Source: Pseudonocardiaceae bacterium (GTDB lineage: Bacteria; Actinomycetota; Actinomycetes; Mycobacteriales; Pseudonocardiaceae). From it: a stretch of 64,000 nucleotides of DNA. Each line of letters starts with the position of its first letter. Position 1 is the first letter of the stretch. The stretch spans positions 248 through 64,247 of the forward strand of contig WHTH01000017.1 of assembly GCA_009377865.1 (NCBI GenBank), read 5' to 3'. The position numbers and the translations under genes were made by a program. The notes under the pieces are model-generated. The model was not told where the DNA came from. It did no database searches and was given only the letters and a program-made list of their open reading frames with translations. Shown here piece after piece: positions 52,793-63,557 of the stretch.

Positions 52793-54112
52793 TCACAGCA
52801 GGCGCGTCGCGTAGGGCATGATGCCGCTGGTGCGGACCGGCGCGATCCGCACCTGCGACCCGGATTGCGGGGCCTCGATCATCTGGCCGTCGCCGATGTA
52901 AAGCGCCACGTGGTGAATCCGCCCACCGGTGGCCCAGAACAGCATATCGCCCGGCTGCTTCTGTGACAGCGGCACCTTGACACCGGAGTCGTACTGCGAG
53001 CCGCTGTAGTGCGGCAGCGAATACCCGATCTCCGGGGCGAAAGCGTAGATCATCAGGCCGGAGCAGTCGAAGCCGCTGTTGCGGTAGTCGCCGTAGGAGT
53101 CGGCGACGCCGCCGTCGCGGATCCCGAGTGTCGGGCCGTCCGAGTCCCCGCCGCCCCAGGAGTACCGCACCCCGAGCTGCGACATCGCCCGGTCGATGAC
53201 GTCGCCTACCGATCCACTCCCAGAATCCGAGGACCCCGCGTCCGAGTCCGAGGAGCTCGCCGCTGCCGCTTCCGCGGCGGCTACCGCTGCCGCGGCTTGC
53301 TCCCGCTCCCGCTGCGCCTGCCACTCCTCGTACCGCTGGCGCTGGCCCTCCAGTCCCCGGACGTCCTGCTGGGCCTCGTAGAGCTGGCGCTCCAGGTCGC
53401 CCTTGCGGGCCTCGAGCTGCGTGGTGCGCTCTGCCTGGGCCGACTCGGCGTCGATCGCGGTCTGATACGCGGTGTCGGCCGCGACCTTCGCTTGCTCGGC
53501 GAACTGCTGCTTGGCCTGCGCATCGTCGAGCGCGGCCCGCGCGGCCGAGTCCTTGTTGGCCTTGACGGTCCGGGCGCGCTGCATGTTCTCGAGCGCGTCG
53601 AGCTGTGAACCGCTGACCGCTTCCAGCAGCTCCGCGCGGGCGAGCAGGTCCTCGGGGTTCTCCGACCCGAGGAAGGCGGTTACCCCGCCGACCGTGCTGC
53701 CCTGCCGGTAGCTGCCCGCAGCGAACTCGTCGACGTGCTGCTGGGTGTCGCGGATCCGGGCACCGGCGGCGTCGGCTTCGGCCCGTGCCGCCGCGGCGGC
53801 GGCCTGTGCCGCGGCCGCCTCGTCCTGGGCGAAACTCAGCTCCATCAGCGCGCGATTGGTCTCCTCGCGCGCCAGCGCCACTTCGGCCTGCACTGCCTGC
53901 AGCTGCGCATCGGCTTCGGCGACTTGATTGGCGAGACTGCCGACGTTCCCCGCCCTGGCATCGACCTCGTCGCGACCGGTATCGAGCTCCTCGTCGCTCG
54001 GATTCGGCGGCGCCGGGGGAACCGCCACGCCGACGACCGGCGAGCCCGCGAGCGCGAGCACGGCGAGCAGCGCCACGAGCAGCATTCGGGCGACGGGGCG
54101 GCCGTTGTGCAC
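52793..54112 (-). CDS. RipA-like peptidoglycan endopeptidase: signal peptide, coiled coil and NlpC/P60 domain
   Basis: The GTG at 54112 is preceded by GGGGGAGGAGA. A long Ala/Gln/Glu-rich helical region follows. The C-terminal domain has NlpC/P60 motifs, with Cys in FDCSGLMIY and His in HHVALYIG. Confidence 0.8.
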   Translation of the reverse strand: MHNGRPVARMLLVALLAVLALAGSPVVGVAVPPAPPNPSDEELDTGRDEVDARAGNVGSLANQVAEADAQLQAVQAEVALAREETNRALMELSFAQDEAAAAQAAAAAARAEADAAGARIRDTQQHVDEFAAGSYRQGSTVGGVTAFLGSENPEDLLARAELLEAVSGSQLDALENMQRARTVKANKDSAARAALDDAQAKQQFAEQAKVAADTAYQTAIDAESAQAERTTQLEARKGDLERQLYEAQQDVRGLEGQRQRYEEWQAQREREQAAAAVAAAEAAAASSSDSDAGSSDSGSGSVGDVIDRAMSQLGVRYSWGGGDSDGPTLGIRDGGVADSYGDYRNSGFDCSGLMIYAFAPEIGYSLPHYSGSQYDSGVKVPLSQKQPGDMLFWATGGRIHHVALYIGDGQMIEAPQSGSQVRIAPVRTSGIMPYATRLL

Positions 54113-54354
54113 ACCGTCTCCTCCCCCGGCGGGACCGCCGGTTATCCCTCCGATACCAGGTCCACGGAGCGCAAACACGTGGACACGCCGATCACTGTGT
54201 CACTTCCACCCCAAAAGGCGCCACTTGTCACGTCAATAACAGCAAGCTATCAACGCAACTTCAGCCACATGAGTCACAGCTGAGGGAGATCGTCACGCTT
54301 CGTGTGCGCATACTGCGATCGCCCCCGGTGCACCCGCCGCGTCGTGTGTGCCGC

Positions 54355-54373
54355 GAAGGGCACCTTCACTGCA
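54355..54373. repeat. Extra half-copy of the GAAGGGCACCTTCACTGCA element
   Basis: This 19-mer is identical to 54397-54415. Confidence 0.7.
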
Positions 54374-54396
54374 CTGCCAGCGCTCTCGATCGCGGT

Positions 54397-54438
54397 GAAG
54401 GGCACCTTCACTGCATCCGGCGCCGTGGAGGTGCCCTT
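54397..54438. repeat. GAAGGGCACCT...AGGTGCCCTT hairpin element (copy b), just downstream of the acyl-CoA synthetase stop
   Basis: A 10-bp stem (54398-54407 with 54429-54438) and a 21-nt loop. The architecture and sequence match the copy at 35584-35626. Confidence 0.7.
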
Positions 54439-54472
54439 GACGGCACGACCCCGCCGGCTCGCCGGGCGCCGG

Positions 54473-56029
54473 TCAGTTCACCTTGCGGTCGCGGTCGGCC
54501 CAGTAGGCCTCGCGCAGCTTGAACTTCTGAATCTTGCCGGTCGCGGTGTGCGGTATCTCGTCGCGGAACTCCACCGAGGTCGGTGCCTTGTAGCCGGCGA
54601 GCCGCTGCTTGCAGTGCGTGATGATCTCGGCCTCGATCGCTGCGCCGGCCTCGACACCCTCGGCCGGTACGACCAGCGCCTTGATCGTCTCGCCCCACTT
54701 CTCCGAAGGAACGCCGATCACCGCCACCTCGGCGACCGCCGGGTGGCTGAACACGCAATCCTCGACCTCGATCGAAGATACGTTCTCGCCACCGCTGATG
54801 ATCACGTCCTTCTTGCGGTCGGAGATCGTCAGGTTGCCCTCGTGGTCGATCGACCCGCCGTCACCGGTGCGGAAGTAGCCGTCGATGAGCACCTCGTCGG
54901 TGGACTCCGGGTTGTTCCAGTACCCGTCCATGACGACGTTCGACCGGGCCAGCACCTCCCCCGACTCGGAGGTCCGAATCTGCACGCCCAGCGCGGGTGC
55001 CCCGGCGCGCGACACCTTTCGGGCCCGCTCCTCGGCCGGCAGCGAGTCGTCGGCGGCCCTGCTGCGGTTGAAGGTGAGCAGCGGCGAGGTCTCGGTGAGC
55101 CCATAGATCTGGTTGAACTCCCAGCCGAGCTCCTCGCCCACCCGCTGGATGGTCCTGGTGGGAGGCGCCGCACCGGCGCAGACCAGCCGGACGGTGCCGT
55201 TGCCCGGGAGCTCGCCCTCCCACTCCGCGGCGGCGTCGAGCACCGCGTTCCACACCGCGGGCGCACCGCACATCAGCGTCACGCCGTGCCCGGCCACCCG
55301 GCGGAGGATCTCGTGACCGTCGATCTTGCGGATCACCACGTGCTCGGCGCCGAGACCGACGAGCCCGTAGGGCATGCCCCAGCCGTTGCAGTGGAACATC
55401 GGCAGCGTGTGCAGGTAGACGTCGCGCTCCCAGGCGCGGGTGTGCATCGCGAACGTCACCGCGTTGATCCAGATGTTGCGATGGGTCAGCTGCACGCCCT
55501 TGGGTCGGGCCGTGGTGCCCGAGGTGTAGTTCAGCGTCGCGGTGGCGTCCTCGTCGGGCTGGGACCACGGTCGCGGCTCGATGTCGAACCGCATCAGCGC
55601 ATCCTCGGTCTCGTTGCCGAGCACGAAGCGCTGTGGCGCGTCGATCCCCTTGAGTGGCTCGTCGAGCTCCGGGTCGAGCAGCAGCACCGACGCACCGCTG
55701 TGATCGACGATGTAGTCCACCTCGTCGGAATGCAGCCGGAAGTTGACCGGCACGCAGATTCGGCCACTGGCGGGCACCGCGTGCAACAGCTCCATCAGCC
55801 TGGCCGAGTTGTGGCTCACCACGGCGACCCGCTCCCCCTCGCCCACACCCAACGCATCGAGCCCTGCCTGCCAGGCGCGGGCGCGGCGGGCCAGTTCGCC
55901 GTAACTCGTAGTCGGCACCGGCGGCGCCGGCTGGGTCGGCTCGTCGACGACCGCGGTCGAGTCCGCGAAGCCGGTCTCGGCGCGGTCGAGGAAGTCGGCG
56001 ACGGTCAGGGGCACCCGCATGGCTCGCAC
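54473..56029 (-). CDS. AMP-dependent acyl-CoA synthetase (FadD-type)
   Basis: Contains YTSGTTARPKGV, ...IYGLTET... and TGDGGSIDHEGNLTISDRKKDVIISGGENVSSIEVE. An alternative ATG lies at 56020. Confidence 0.85.
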   Translation of the reverse strand: MRAMRVPLTVADFLDRAETGFADSTAVVDEPTQPAPPVPTTSYGELARRARAWQAGLDALGVGEGERVAVVSHNSARLMELLHAVPASGRICVPVNFRLHSDEVDYIVDHSGASVLLLDPELDEPLKGIDAPQRFVLGNETEDALMRFDIEPRPWSQPDEDATATLNYTSGTTARPKGVQLTHRNIWINAVTFAMHTRAWERDVYLHTLPMFHCNGWGMPYGLVGLGAEHVVIRKIDGHEILRRVAGHGVTLMCGAPAVWNAVLDAAAEWEGELPGNGTVRLVCAGAAPPTRTIQRVGEELGWEFNQIYGLTETSPLLTFNRSRAADDSLPAEERARKVSRAGAPALGVQIRTSESGEVLARSNVVMDGYWNNPESTDEVLIDGYFRTGDGGSIDHEGNLTISDRKKDVIISGGENVSSIEVEDCVFSHPAVAEVAVIGVPSEKWGETIKALVVPAEGVEAGAAIEAEIITHCKQRLAGYKAPTSVEFRDEIPHTATGKIQKFKLREAYWADRDRKVN

Positions 56030-56255
56030 CTCCGGTGTAGGGCTCGACTCCGGTGTTGGATCGATATCGTGGCTGGCGCCGCAGCAAGCCTATGCCGTGA
56101 GCCACCGCCACAGGTGGAATCGTTTACCGGACATGCGTACGGTTTAGGTGGGAGGGTTGCGAACGCGGCATGACGTCGCGTGGTCCAGACTCGCCCGAAA
56201 GATGCGTCTCAGCTCAACGCGAGCTACCACGATCGCTGCCACCCAGGAGTTGCAC

Positions 56256-59192
56256 GTGACCTCTTCACAGAGCCCTGCAGGCAGCGCCGACAGCTTCGGC
56301 GCCCGCGGATCCTTCGCCGTCGGCGGCCCCTCCTACGAGGTGTTCCGGCTGGCGGCACTCGACGATGCCGTGGGGCCGGGCTGGCGCAGCCTTCCCTACA
56401 GCCTCAAGGTGCTGCTGGAGAACCTGCTGCGCACCGAGGATGGCACCAGCACGACCGTCGAACACATCCGGGCGCTCGCGCAGTGGGATCCTGCCGCCGA
56501 GCCGTCGACCGAGATCCAGTACACCCCGGCGCGGGTGATCATGCAGGACTTCACCGGGGTGCCCTGCATCGTCGACCTCGCCACCATGCGCGAGGCCGTC
56601 ATCGACCTCGGCGGTGACCCGCAGGCGGTCAACCCGCTGGCACCGGCCGAACTGGTCATCGACCACTCGGTGATCGCCGATGTGTCCGGGCGCCCGGATG
56701 CCTTCGAACGCAACGTCGACCTCGAGTACCGACGCAACCGCGAGCGCTACCAGTTCCTGCGCTGGGGACAGGGTGCCTTCGACGAGTTCAAGGTCGTGCC
56801 GCCCGGGACCGGGATCGTGCACCAGGTCAACATCGAGCACCTGGCACGAGTCGTGACGTCGCGTGACATACCGGCCGACGGCGGCCAGGTCCGCCAGGCC
56901 TACCCGGACACCCTCGTCGGCACCGACAGCCACACCACCATGGTCAATGGCCTCGGCGTGCTCGGCTGGGGCGTGGGCGGCATCGAGGCCGAGGCGGCGA
57001 TGCTCGGCCAGCCGGTGTCGATGCTCATCCCGCAGGTGCTCGGCTTCAAGCTCACCGGCGAGATACCACCCGGCGCCACCGCCACCGACGTCGTGCTCAC
57101 GATTACCGAGATGCTGCGCGAGCATGGTGTGGTCGGCAAATTCGTCGAGTTCTACGGCGAGGGCGTGGCCGCGGTGCCGCTGGCGAACCGGGCCACCATC
57201 GGCAACATGAGCCCGGAGTTCGGCTCCACCTGCGCGATCTTCCCGATCGACGAGGAGACGATCCGCTACCTGCGCTTCACCGGCCGCTCCGAGGAACAGG
57301 TCGCACTGGTCGAGGCCTACGCCAAGGAGCAGCGGCTCTGGCACGACCCGGCCGACCCGGCAACGTATTCGGAGTACCTCGAACTCGACCTGTCCACCGT
57401 GGTGCCGTCGATTGCGGGCCCGAAGCGACCGCAAGATCGCGTGGCGTTGTCCGACGCCAAGACCGCCTTCCGCGGCGTGCTCGGCGACTACGTGGCCGGC
57501 GGTGATACCGGCGGCGAGGACCGCAAGCTTGGGGTGCCACAGCAGGAGGAGCCGTTCGGGGTGCGCTCCGGCGTGGACGAGGCCTCCGCCGAGTCATTTC
57601 CCGCCAGCGACGCACCGTCCCATTCCCCGGGCAGCAACGGCGGTGGCGAGCCCCGCAAGGTCACCTCGGCCGCGGCGGGTTCCACCGGTCGCGCCAGCAA
57701 GCCCACCCCGGTCCGGTTCGCCGACGGCAGCGTGTGCGAGATCGACCACGGAGCCGTGGTGATCGCCTCGATCACGTCGTGCACCAACACGTCGAACCCG
57801 TCGGTGATGCTCGGTGCGGCGCTGCTGGCCCGCAACGCCGTCGACAAGGGGCTGGTGGTCAAGCCATGGGTCAAGACCTCGATGGCTCCTGGCTCTCAGG
57901 TGGTCAGCGACTACTATGACCGCGCCGGGCTGTGGCCCTACCTGGAGAAGCTCGGCTACCACCTGGTCGGCTACGGCTGCACCACGTGCATCGGCAACTC
58001 CGGTCCGCTGCCCGACGAGATCTCGCAGGCGGTGCACGAGGCCGACCTCACGGTCGCCAGTGTGCTGTCGGGCAACCGGAACTTCGAGGGCCGGATCAAC
58101 CCCGACGTGAAGATGAACTACCTGGCCAGCCCGCCGCTGGTGATCGCCTACGCGCTCGCGGGCACGATGGACTTCGACTTCGACACCGAGCCGCTGGGCA
58201 CCCGCAGCGACGGCACGCCGGTCTACCTCGCAGACATCTGGCCTCCACCGGAGGAGATCCAGCAGGTCATCGACACCGCGATCAACCAGGAGATGTTCAC
58301 CACGGGATACTCCGACGTATTCGCCGGCGACGAGCGATGGCACTCGCTGCCCACCCCCGAGGGTGAGATCTTCGAGTGGGACCCGGACTCCACCTACGTC
58401 CGCAAACCCCCCTACTTCGACGGGATGACCGCGACGCCGCAGCCGGTGTCCGACATCTCCGGTGCACGGGTGCTGGCACTTCTCGGCGACTCGGTGACCA
58501 CCGACCACATCTCCCCCGCCGGGGCGATCAAGGCCGACTCCCCCGCCGGGCGGTACCTCACCGAGCAGGGCGTGGAGCGCAAGGACTTCAACTCCTACGG
58601 CTCGCGCCGGGGCAACCACGAGGTGATGATCCGCGGCACGTTCGCCAACATCCGGCTGCGCAACCTGCTGCTCGACGCCATCTCGGACCACCCGAGCAGC
58701 GGCGGCCTCACCCGCAACTTCCTCGAGCCGGGCGCGCCGCAGACCACGATCTACGACGCCGCGCAGGCCTACGCCGCCGCCGCGGTGCCACTGGTCGTAC
58801 TCGGCGGCAAGGAGTACGGCTCCGGGTCGTCGCGGGACTGGGCCGCCAAGGGCACCTCACTGCTGGGGGTACGCGCGGTGATCGTGGAGTCGTTCGAGCG
58901 GATCCACCGCTCGAACCTGATCGGGATGGGGGTGCTGCCGCTGCAGTTGCCCGAGAACGAGTCGGCCTCGTCGCTGGGCCTCGACGGCACCGAGAGCTTC
59001 GACATCACCGGGGTGACCGCGCTCGACGACGGCGCGATTCCCCGCACAGTGCACGTGACGGCGCGCGCCGAAAGTGGCTCCCCGGTCGAGTTCGACGCGA
59101 CAGTACGCATCGACACCCCCGGTGAGGCGGACTACTACCGCCACGGCGGCATCCTGCAGTACGTCCTGCGCCAGATGGCTCGCACCTCGTGA
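56256..59192 (+). CDS. acn: Aconitate hydratase A
   Basis: Trimmed to the GTG at 56256 (after CAGGAG). Contains ...MQDFTGVP..., [23 protein letters not shown] and [12 protein letters not shown]. Confidence 0.9.
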   Translation: MTSSQSPAGSADSFGARGSFAVGGPSYEVFRLAALDDAVGPGWRSLPYSLKVLLENLLRTEDGTSTTVEHIRALAQWDPAAEPSTEIQYTPARVIMQDFTGVPCIVDLATMREAVIDLGGDPQAVNPLAPAELVIDHSVIADVSGRPDAFERNVDLEYRRNRERYQFLRWGQGAFDEFKVVPPGTGIVHQVNIEHLARVVTSRDIPADGGQVRQAYPDTLVGTDSHTTMVNGLGVLGWGVGGIEAEAAMLGQPVSMLIPQVLGFKLTGEIPPGATATDVVLTITEMLREHGVVGKFVEFYGEGVAAVPLANRATIGNMSPEFGSTCAIFPIDEETIRYLRFTGRSEEQVALVEAYAKEQRLWHDPADPATYSEYLELDLSTVVPSIAGPKRPQDRVALSDAKTAFRGVLGDYVAGGDTGGEDRKLGVPQQEEPFGVRSGVDEASAESFPASDAPSHSPGSNGGGEPRKVTSAAAGSTGRASKPTPVRFADGSVCEIDHGAVVIASITSCTNTSNPSVMLGAALLARNAVDKGLVVKPWVKTSMAPGSQVVSDYYDRAGLWPYLEKLGYHLVGYGCTTCIGNSGPLPDEISQAVHEADLTVASVLSGNRNFEGRINPDVKMNYLASPPLVIAYALAGTMDFDFDTEPLGTRSDGTPVYLADIWPPPEEIQQVIDTAINQEMFTTGYSDVFAGDERWHSLPTPEGEIFEWDPDSTYVRKPPYFDGMTATPQPVSDISGARVLALLGDSVTTDHISPAGAIKADSPAGRYLTEQGVERKDFNSYGSRRGNHEVMIRGTFANIRLRNLLLDAISDHPSSGGLTRNFLEPGAPQTTIYDAAQAYAAAAVPLVVLGGKEYGSGSSRDWAAKGTSLLGVRAVIVESFERIHRSNLIGMGVLPLQLPENESASSLGLDGTESFDITGVTALDDGAIPRTVHVTARAESGSPVEFDATVRIDTPGEADYYRHGGILQYVLRQMARTS

Positions 59193-59241
59193 GTGTTCTC
59201 GGTCGCTGGCGCTACCGAGAATACTCACGACCGGGGGCGCC

Positions 59242-59964
59242 GTGACCCTCGGCGCGTTGGCCGTCGCCGGGTTGATCGTCGCGGCGGGCGCTGCGGTGCA
59301 GGGCGCGGTCGGGATCGGCATGGCGCTGCTGGCCACACCCCTCCTTGCGCTGGTCGACCCCGCGCTGGTACCAGCTCCGATGATCATGCTGGCTACCGTG
59401 CACGCGGTTCTGGCAGTCGCGCGGGATGGCCGCCACGCGGACTGGCGCGGCGTCGGGTGGGCGATGCTCGGGCGGCTGCCGGGTACTGCACTCGGCGTGC
59501 TGGCCGTCGTCGTGCTCTCGCAGCGAGCGTTCGGCATGCTCGTCGGGCTGTGCGTACTCGCCTTCGCGGGGCTCTCACTATCCACATGGCGACCACGCCC
59601 CAAACCCGGTTCGCTCGTGGCCGCGGGCGTGGTCAGCGGGGCAGGCGCAACCGCAGCCGGTATCGGAGGACCGCCCATCGCACTGCTCTACCAGGATGTG
59701 TCGGGGGCGCGTGTGCGCGGCACGATCGCCAGCTACTTTGTACTCGGGTCGGTGGTCTCGATCGCGGCGCTCGCCAGCGTGGGGCAGGTCACGGCCGAAT
59801 CAATGGAAAGTGCAGCGCTGCTCACGCCCTTCTTGATCACCGGCTTCGTGCTCTCCGGGCCTGCGCGCCGGATTCTCGACGACGGCTGGACGCGGCCCGC
59901 CGTGCTCACCGTGGCAGCTACCAGCGCGGTGCTGCTGATCCTGCGCAGCGCACTGGGCTATTAG
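59242..59964 (+). CDS. TauE/SafE (TSUP) family membrane permease
   Basis: Multi-TM and glycine-rich (GAAVQGAVGIGMALLATPLL..., GAGATAAGIGGPPIALL). The start is uncertain. Confidence 0.6.
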   Translation: MTLGALAVAGLIVAAGAAVQGAVGIGMALLATPLLALVDPALVPAPMIMLATVHAVLAVARDGRHADWRGVGWAMLGRLPGTALGVLAVVVLSQRAFGMLVGLCVLAFAGLSLSTWRPRPKPGSLVAAGVVSGAGATAAGIGGPPIALLYQDVSGARVRGTIASYFVLGSVVSIAALASVGQVTAESMESAALLTPFLITGFVLSGPARRILDDGWTRPAVLTVAATSAVLLILRSALGY

Positions 59965-60015
59965 CGGCAGCCGCGCAGAGCTGCGGCATGGGCTCCACCA
60001 GTGTCTGCTCCCTCG

Positions 60016-60057
60016 GTTGAGCTGCCACGCTCAGGAGTTGAGCTGCCACGCTCAGGA
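60016..60057. repeat. Perfect 21-bp tandem direct repeat, two copies
   Basis: GTTGAGCTGCCACGCTCAGGA occurs at 60016-60036 and again at 60037-60057. It lies in the 268-nt intergenic region upstream of the E1-alpha gene. The second copy runs into a CAGGACGAA...TTCGTCCTG hairpin. Confidence 0.9.
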
Positions 60058-60232
60058 CGAACCTGGCGCCGCATTTCGTCCTGGCCGGTCGTGGCCCGGC
60101 CATACGCTGTCTTCCTACCGTCGGCGTGCGGTCCGCGCGGGCACGCTGGCTCGCTCGGGAACCGAGACGTTGCGTGAGACGTCCGAGACCTTCCCCCGCG
60201 AGCTGCTGTGACCACGGAAGGAAGGACGAAGG

Positions 60233-61231
60233 ATGCCCGGACCCGGGATGCTCTCCGAAGAGCGCGCCGCGTTGCAGCGCTACGAGCAGATGGTCTTCAT
60301 CCGGCTGTTCGAGGACAAGGTGGACGCGCTCTACCGCCAAGGCCAGGTCCGCGGACCGGCACACCTCGGTCAAGGCCAGGAAGCGATCGCGGTTGGCGTC
60401 GGTTCGGTCCTGCAGCCCGGCGACTACTCTATCGGCACGTACCGCGGCCACGCCCACGCCCTCGCGCGCGGCACCCCAGCCGGGGCGGTGTTACGCGAGC
60501 TCCTCGGCCGCAGCGGTGGAATCTGCGGCGGCAAGGGCGGCTCGATGCACATCACCAGCCTCGAGCATGGGTACATGGGTTCGTACGCGATCGTCGGGGC
60601 GCACCTCCCGATCGCCTGCGGACTCGCCTGGGCCAGCAAGATCAAAGGCACCGACCAGGTCACGGCCTGCTTCTTCGGGGACGGCACTACCAACATCGGC
60701 GCGTTCCACGAGGCGATCAACCTCGCCGCGATCTGGGGCCTTCCTGTGGTCTTCGTCTGCGAGAACAACAGTTACATGGAGTACACCCCGATCTCGCAGG
60801 TGACTTCGGTGCCGCAGCCGGCGGCGGACCGCGCACCGGCCTACGGGCTCCCGTCGGTCACAGTGGACGGAAACGACGTCGACGCCGTCCGCGAGGTTGT
60901 CGGCCACGCCATGGAGACGGCACGCGGCGGCGGCGGCCCGACACTGGTCGAGGCCACGACGTACCGACATGGCGGGCATTCCGCAGCAGACCCGGCGGAT
61001 TATCGCTCCGAAACCGAGGTCGCCTCTTGGAAGGAGCGCGACCCGCTGCTGCGTGCGCGAGCGGCGTTGGCCGCCGACGGGGTGAGCGAAGAAGACCTCG
61101 AGGTGGTCACCGCGCGAGCCAGTGCCGAAACACAGCAGATCGCCACCGCGGCACTCGAAGCACCAGCGCTGGACGTGGAGTCGGCGCTGGTCGGCATGTG
61201 GAGCGACGGGAGCGCACAGTGGCGCAATTGA
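60233..61231 (+). CDS. Thiamine-diphosphate-dependent 2-oxoacid/acetoin dehydrogenase E1 alpha subunit
   Basis: Strong RBS GGAAGGAAGGA. The TPP motif reads GDGTTNIGAFHEAINLAAIWGLPVVFVCENN, and ...YRHGGHS... is present. Confidence 0.8.
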   Translation: MPGPGMLSEERAALQRYEQMVFIRLFEDKVDALYRQGQVRGPAHLGQGQEAIAVGVGSVLQPGDYSIGTYRGHAHALARGTPAGAVLRELLGRSGGICGGKGGSMHITSLEHGYMGSYAIVGAHLPIACGLAWASKIKGTDQVTACFFGDGTTNIGAFHEAINLAAIWGLPVVFVCENNSYMEYTPISQVTSVPQPAADRAPAYGLPSVTVDGNDVDAVREVVGHAMETARGGGGPTLVEATTYRHGGHSAADPADYRSETEVASWKERDPLLRARAALAADGVSEEDLEVVTARASAETQQIATAALEAPALDVESALVGMWSDGSAQWRN

Positions 61232-62223
61232 CGTATCGGGCGGCGGTCGCAGCGACACTCGCACACGAGATGCGCCGTGACGAGAACGTCGTGCTCATCG
61301 GCGAGGACATCGGTGCCGGCGGCGTCTTCAAGACCACCAAGGGGCTCTTGGAGGAGTTCGGGCCGACGCGGGTGTGGGACACGCCGATCTCCGAGCAGGC
61401 GATCGTCGGCGCAGCGATGGGCGCGTCGATGGCAGGCCTGCGGCCCGTCGCCGAAATCATGTTCTCCGACTTCTACGCGACATGCTGGGACCAGGTGGCC
61501 AACGAGATCGCCAAGGTACACTACATGACCGGTGGCCAGCTGAGCTGCCCACTCGTGGTCCGCGGAGCCAACGGCGGCGGGCTGGGGTTCGGCGCCCAAC
61601 ACAGCCAGGCCGTCGAGAACTGGGCGATGTGCGTCCCCGGTATCAAGATCGCGTCTCCCTCGAGCGCAGCGGAGGCCGTTGGACTGCTGGCCGCGGCGAT
61701 CCGAGACGACGATCCGGTGCTCGTCTTCGAACACAAGGCTCTCTACGGTAGCCGCGAGGAGTGCCCTGACGGCGAGCACGTGGTCGCGCTGGGGCAGGCG
61801 GCGGTACTGCGGCCCGGCTCGGACGTCACCCTCGTCGGGCTGGCCGCCACCGTCGGGCTATGCAGGCAGGCGGCCGAGCAGCTCACTGGGGACAGCGTCG
61901 ACGCCGAGGTGATCGACCTGCGAACGCTCGTGCCACTCGACGCCGCGGGCGTTCTGGCCTCCGTGCGGCGCACCGGGCGTGTGGTGCTGGTGGAGGAGAA
62001 CCCGGGCCAGCTCGGCTGGGGGGCCGGAGTTGCCGCGATCCTTGCCGAGGAGGCGTTCCTCGACCTGCGGACCCCGGTGGCGCGCGTCTCCGGACGCAAC
62101 ATCCCGATCCCAGTGGCCAAAGGCCTCGAAGCTGCGGTGAACCCGTCGGTGGAGCGCGTCGTCGCGGCCGCCCGCTCCGCATGTGACACGGCCGGACCGG
62201 CCGCAGAAATGATTCGAAACTGA
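61219..62223 (+). CDS. 2-oxoacid/acetoin dehydrogenase E1 beta subunit
   Basis: The GTG at 61219 overlaps the alpha stop by 13 nt. Contains VVLIGEDIG..GGVFKTTKGLLEEFGP.RVWDTPISEQAIVG and ...DLRTLVPLD.... The long ORF 60208-62223 is only coding in this frame from about 61219. Confidence 0.8.
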   Translation: MAQLTYRAAVAATLAHEMRRDENVVLIGEDIGAGGVFKTTKGLLEEFGPTRVWDTPISEQAIVGAAMGASMAGLRPVAEIMFSDFYATCWDQVANEIAKVHYMTGGQLSCPLVVRGANGGGLGFGAQHSQAVENWAMCVPGIKIASPSSAAEAVGLLAAAIRDDDPVLVFEHKALYGSREECPDGEHVVALGQAAVLRPGSDVTLVGLAATVGLCRQAAEQLTGDSVDAEVIDLRTLVPLDAAGVLASVRRTGRVVLVEENPGQLGWGAGVAAILAEEAFLDLRTPVARVSGRNIPIPVAKGLEAAVNPSVERVVAAARSACDTAGPAAEMIRN

Positions 62224-62244
62224 CGATCCCAGGAGGGGATTTCC

Positions 62245-63351
62245 GTGCGAGTAGGCAACGACGACATCCTGCTGCCCACGACGATGGTGGGCAACTACCC
62301 CAACCCGCGCTGGTATGACGGGCAGGCCTTCTCCAAGCTGCCCGCCGGCAACCTGGTGTACGACTCGGTAACCCGGGAGGCGTTCGAGGACGCCGTGCTG
62401 GCTCTCGTGCACGACCAGGAGGTCGCCGGGCTCGACCTCATCTCCGACGGGCGCGTGCACGGCGGCGACAGCCCGTACGGCCAGGTCATCTACCACTACT
62501 ACGAGCGGATGCGCGGCTACGAACTCACCGGTCCGCAGATCGGGCTGCCGATCTACTCCACGCTGTACGCGCCGACCGTGGTGGGCGAGGTCTCCCGAAA
62601 GACCTCGTTCGCGATGGCCAACCTGCAGGCGGTCCGCAAGGCCACCAAGAAGCCCGTGAAGATCTCCTACCAGGGCATCCACGTGCTCACCGCAGCGTCG
62701 AACAACCAGCACTACAAGGAGACCGCGGACCTCGCCCGCGCCATCGCCCGCTGTTACAACGAGGACTTCAAGGAGCTCGCCGACGTCGGCGTCGACGTCA
62801 TCCAGCTCGACGAGTTCCTGTGGCCCTACGAGATGGACGACTGGCAGGTCGAGGTCTTCAACATGGCCGTCGAGGGTGTCTCCGGCGTGCAGTTCTGGGC
62901 GCACGCCTGCTGGGGCAACTACAGCGGTACGCCGGGCTACCTGCCCGACGACACCGCGCAGGAGTTCGACAGCTACGTGCTGGACCGGCGCGCGTCGGAT
63001 GCCCCGGCCCCGGACCGCGCGCGCACGATCTTCCCGAAGGTCAAGGACGTCAAGCTGGACGTGCTGAACTACGAGGTGGGCCGCACCGGGCCGGACGACC
63101 TCAAGCCGCTGGCCGACAACAACTGGGACAAGCCCTTCGTGGCCGGCGTCATCGACGTGAAGTCGACGGTCACCGAGACCTCCGCCGAGGTCGCCGACCG
63201 GATCCGGCAGGTGCTCGAGTACGTGCCGGCGGAGAAGCTCGGGCTCTCCACCGACTGCGGCCTCATCAACCTGCCGCGGCAGATCTCGGCGAACAAGCTG
63301 CGCGCGCTCGCGGACGGCGCTGCGATCGTGCGCGCCGAGCTGGGCGGCTGA
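62245..63351 (+). CDS. MetE-like (cobalamin-independent methionine synthase family) protein, paralog C
   Basis: RBS AGGAGGGG. Contains TTMVGNYPNPRW, the HxC motif WAHACWGN and the C-terminal motif STDCGL. Confidence 0.75.
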   Translation: MRVGNDDILLPTTMVGNYPNPRWYDGQAFSKLPAGNLVYDSVTREAFEDAVLALVHDQEVAGLDLISDGRVHGGDSPYGQVIYHYYERMRGYELTGPQIGLPIYSTLYAPTVVGEVSRKTSFAMANLQAVRKATKKPVKISYQGIHVLTAASNNQHYKETADLARAIARCYNEDFKELADVGVDVIQLDEFLWPYEMDDWQVEVFNMAVEGVSGVQFWAHACWGNYSGTPGYLPDDTAQEFDSYVLDRRASDAPAPDRARTIFPKVKDVKLDVLNYEVGRTGPDDLKPLADNNWDKPFVAGVIDVKSTVTETSAEVADRIRQVLEYVPAEKLGLSTDCGLINLPRQISANKLRALADGAAIVRAELGG

Positions 63352-63557
63352 GGGCTGGCATGGGCGGGCGCTTCCCGCGCCCGCCCATCGCCGTCGGTCG
63401 ACTTCTCGCCGCAGCGCAGCCCCGCAGATCCTGCCGGGAGCGGCAAAGGTAGGGCGCCAGCTTTTCCCGCGCGCACATGTGCGGGCCGGAACGCCTTTGG
63501 TTGCATGGCCTCACCGGTCATTGCGAAGGGCCCGCCCACCGTGCGAAGGAGTGCCGC

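Noticed and set aside
54302-56173. 623-aa plus-strand ORF
   Set aside because: It is antisense to the acyl-CoA synthetase gene, which has clear AMP-binding motifs. Its composition is Arg/Gly/His/Leu-rich junk.
60208-62223. 671-aa ORF that appears to cover both E1 genes
   Set aside because: Its first ~335 codons are an alternative frame of the E1-alpha gene and translate to Arg/Gly/Pro-rich sequence. Only the part from the GTG at 61219 (E1 beta) is credible.
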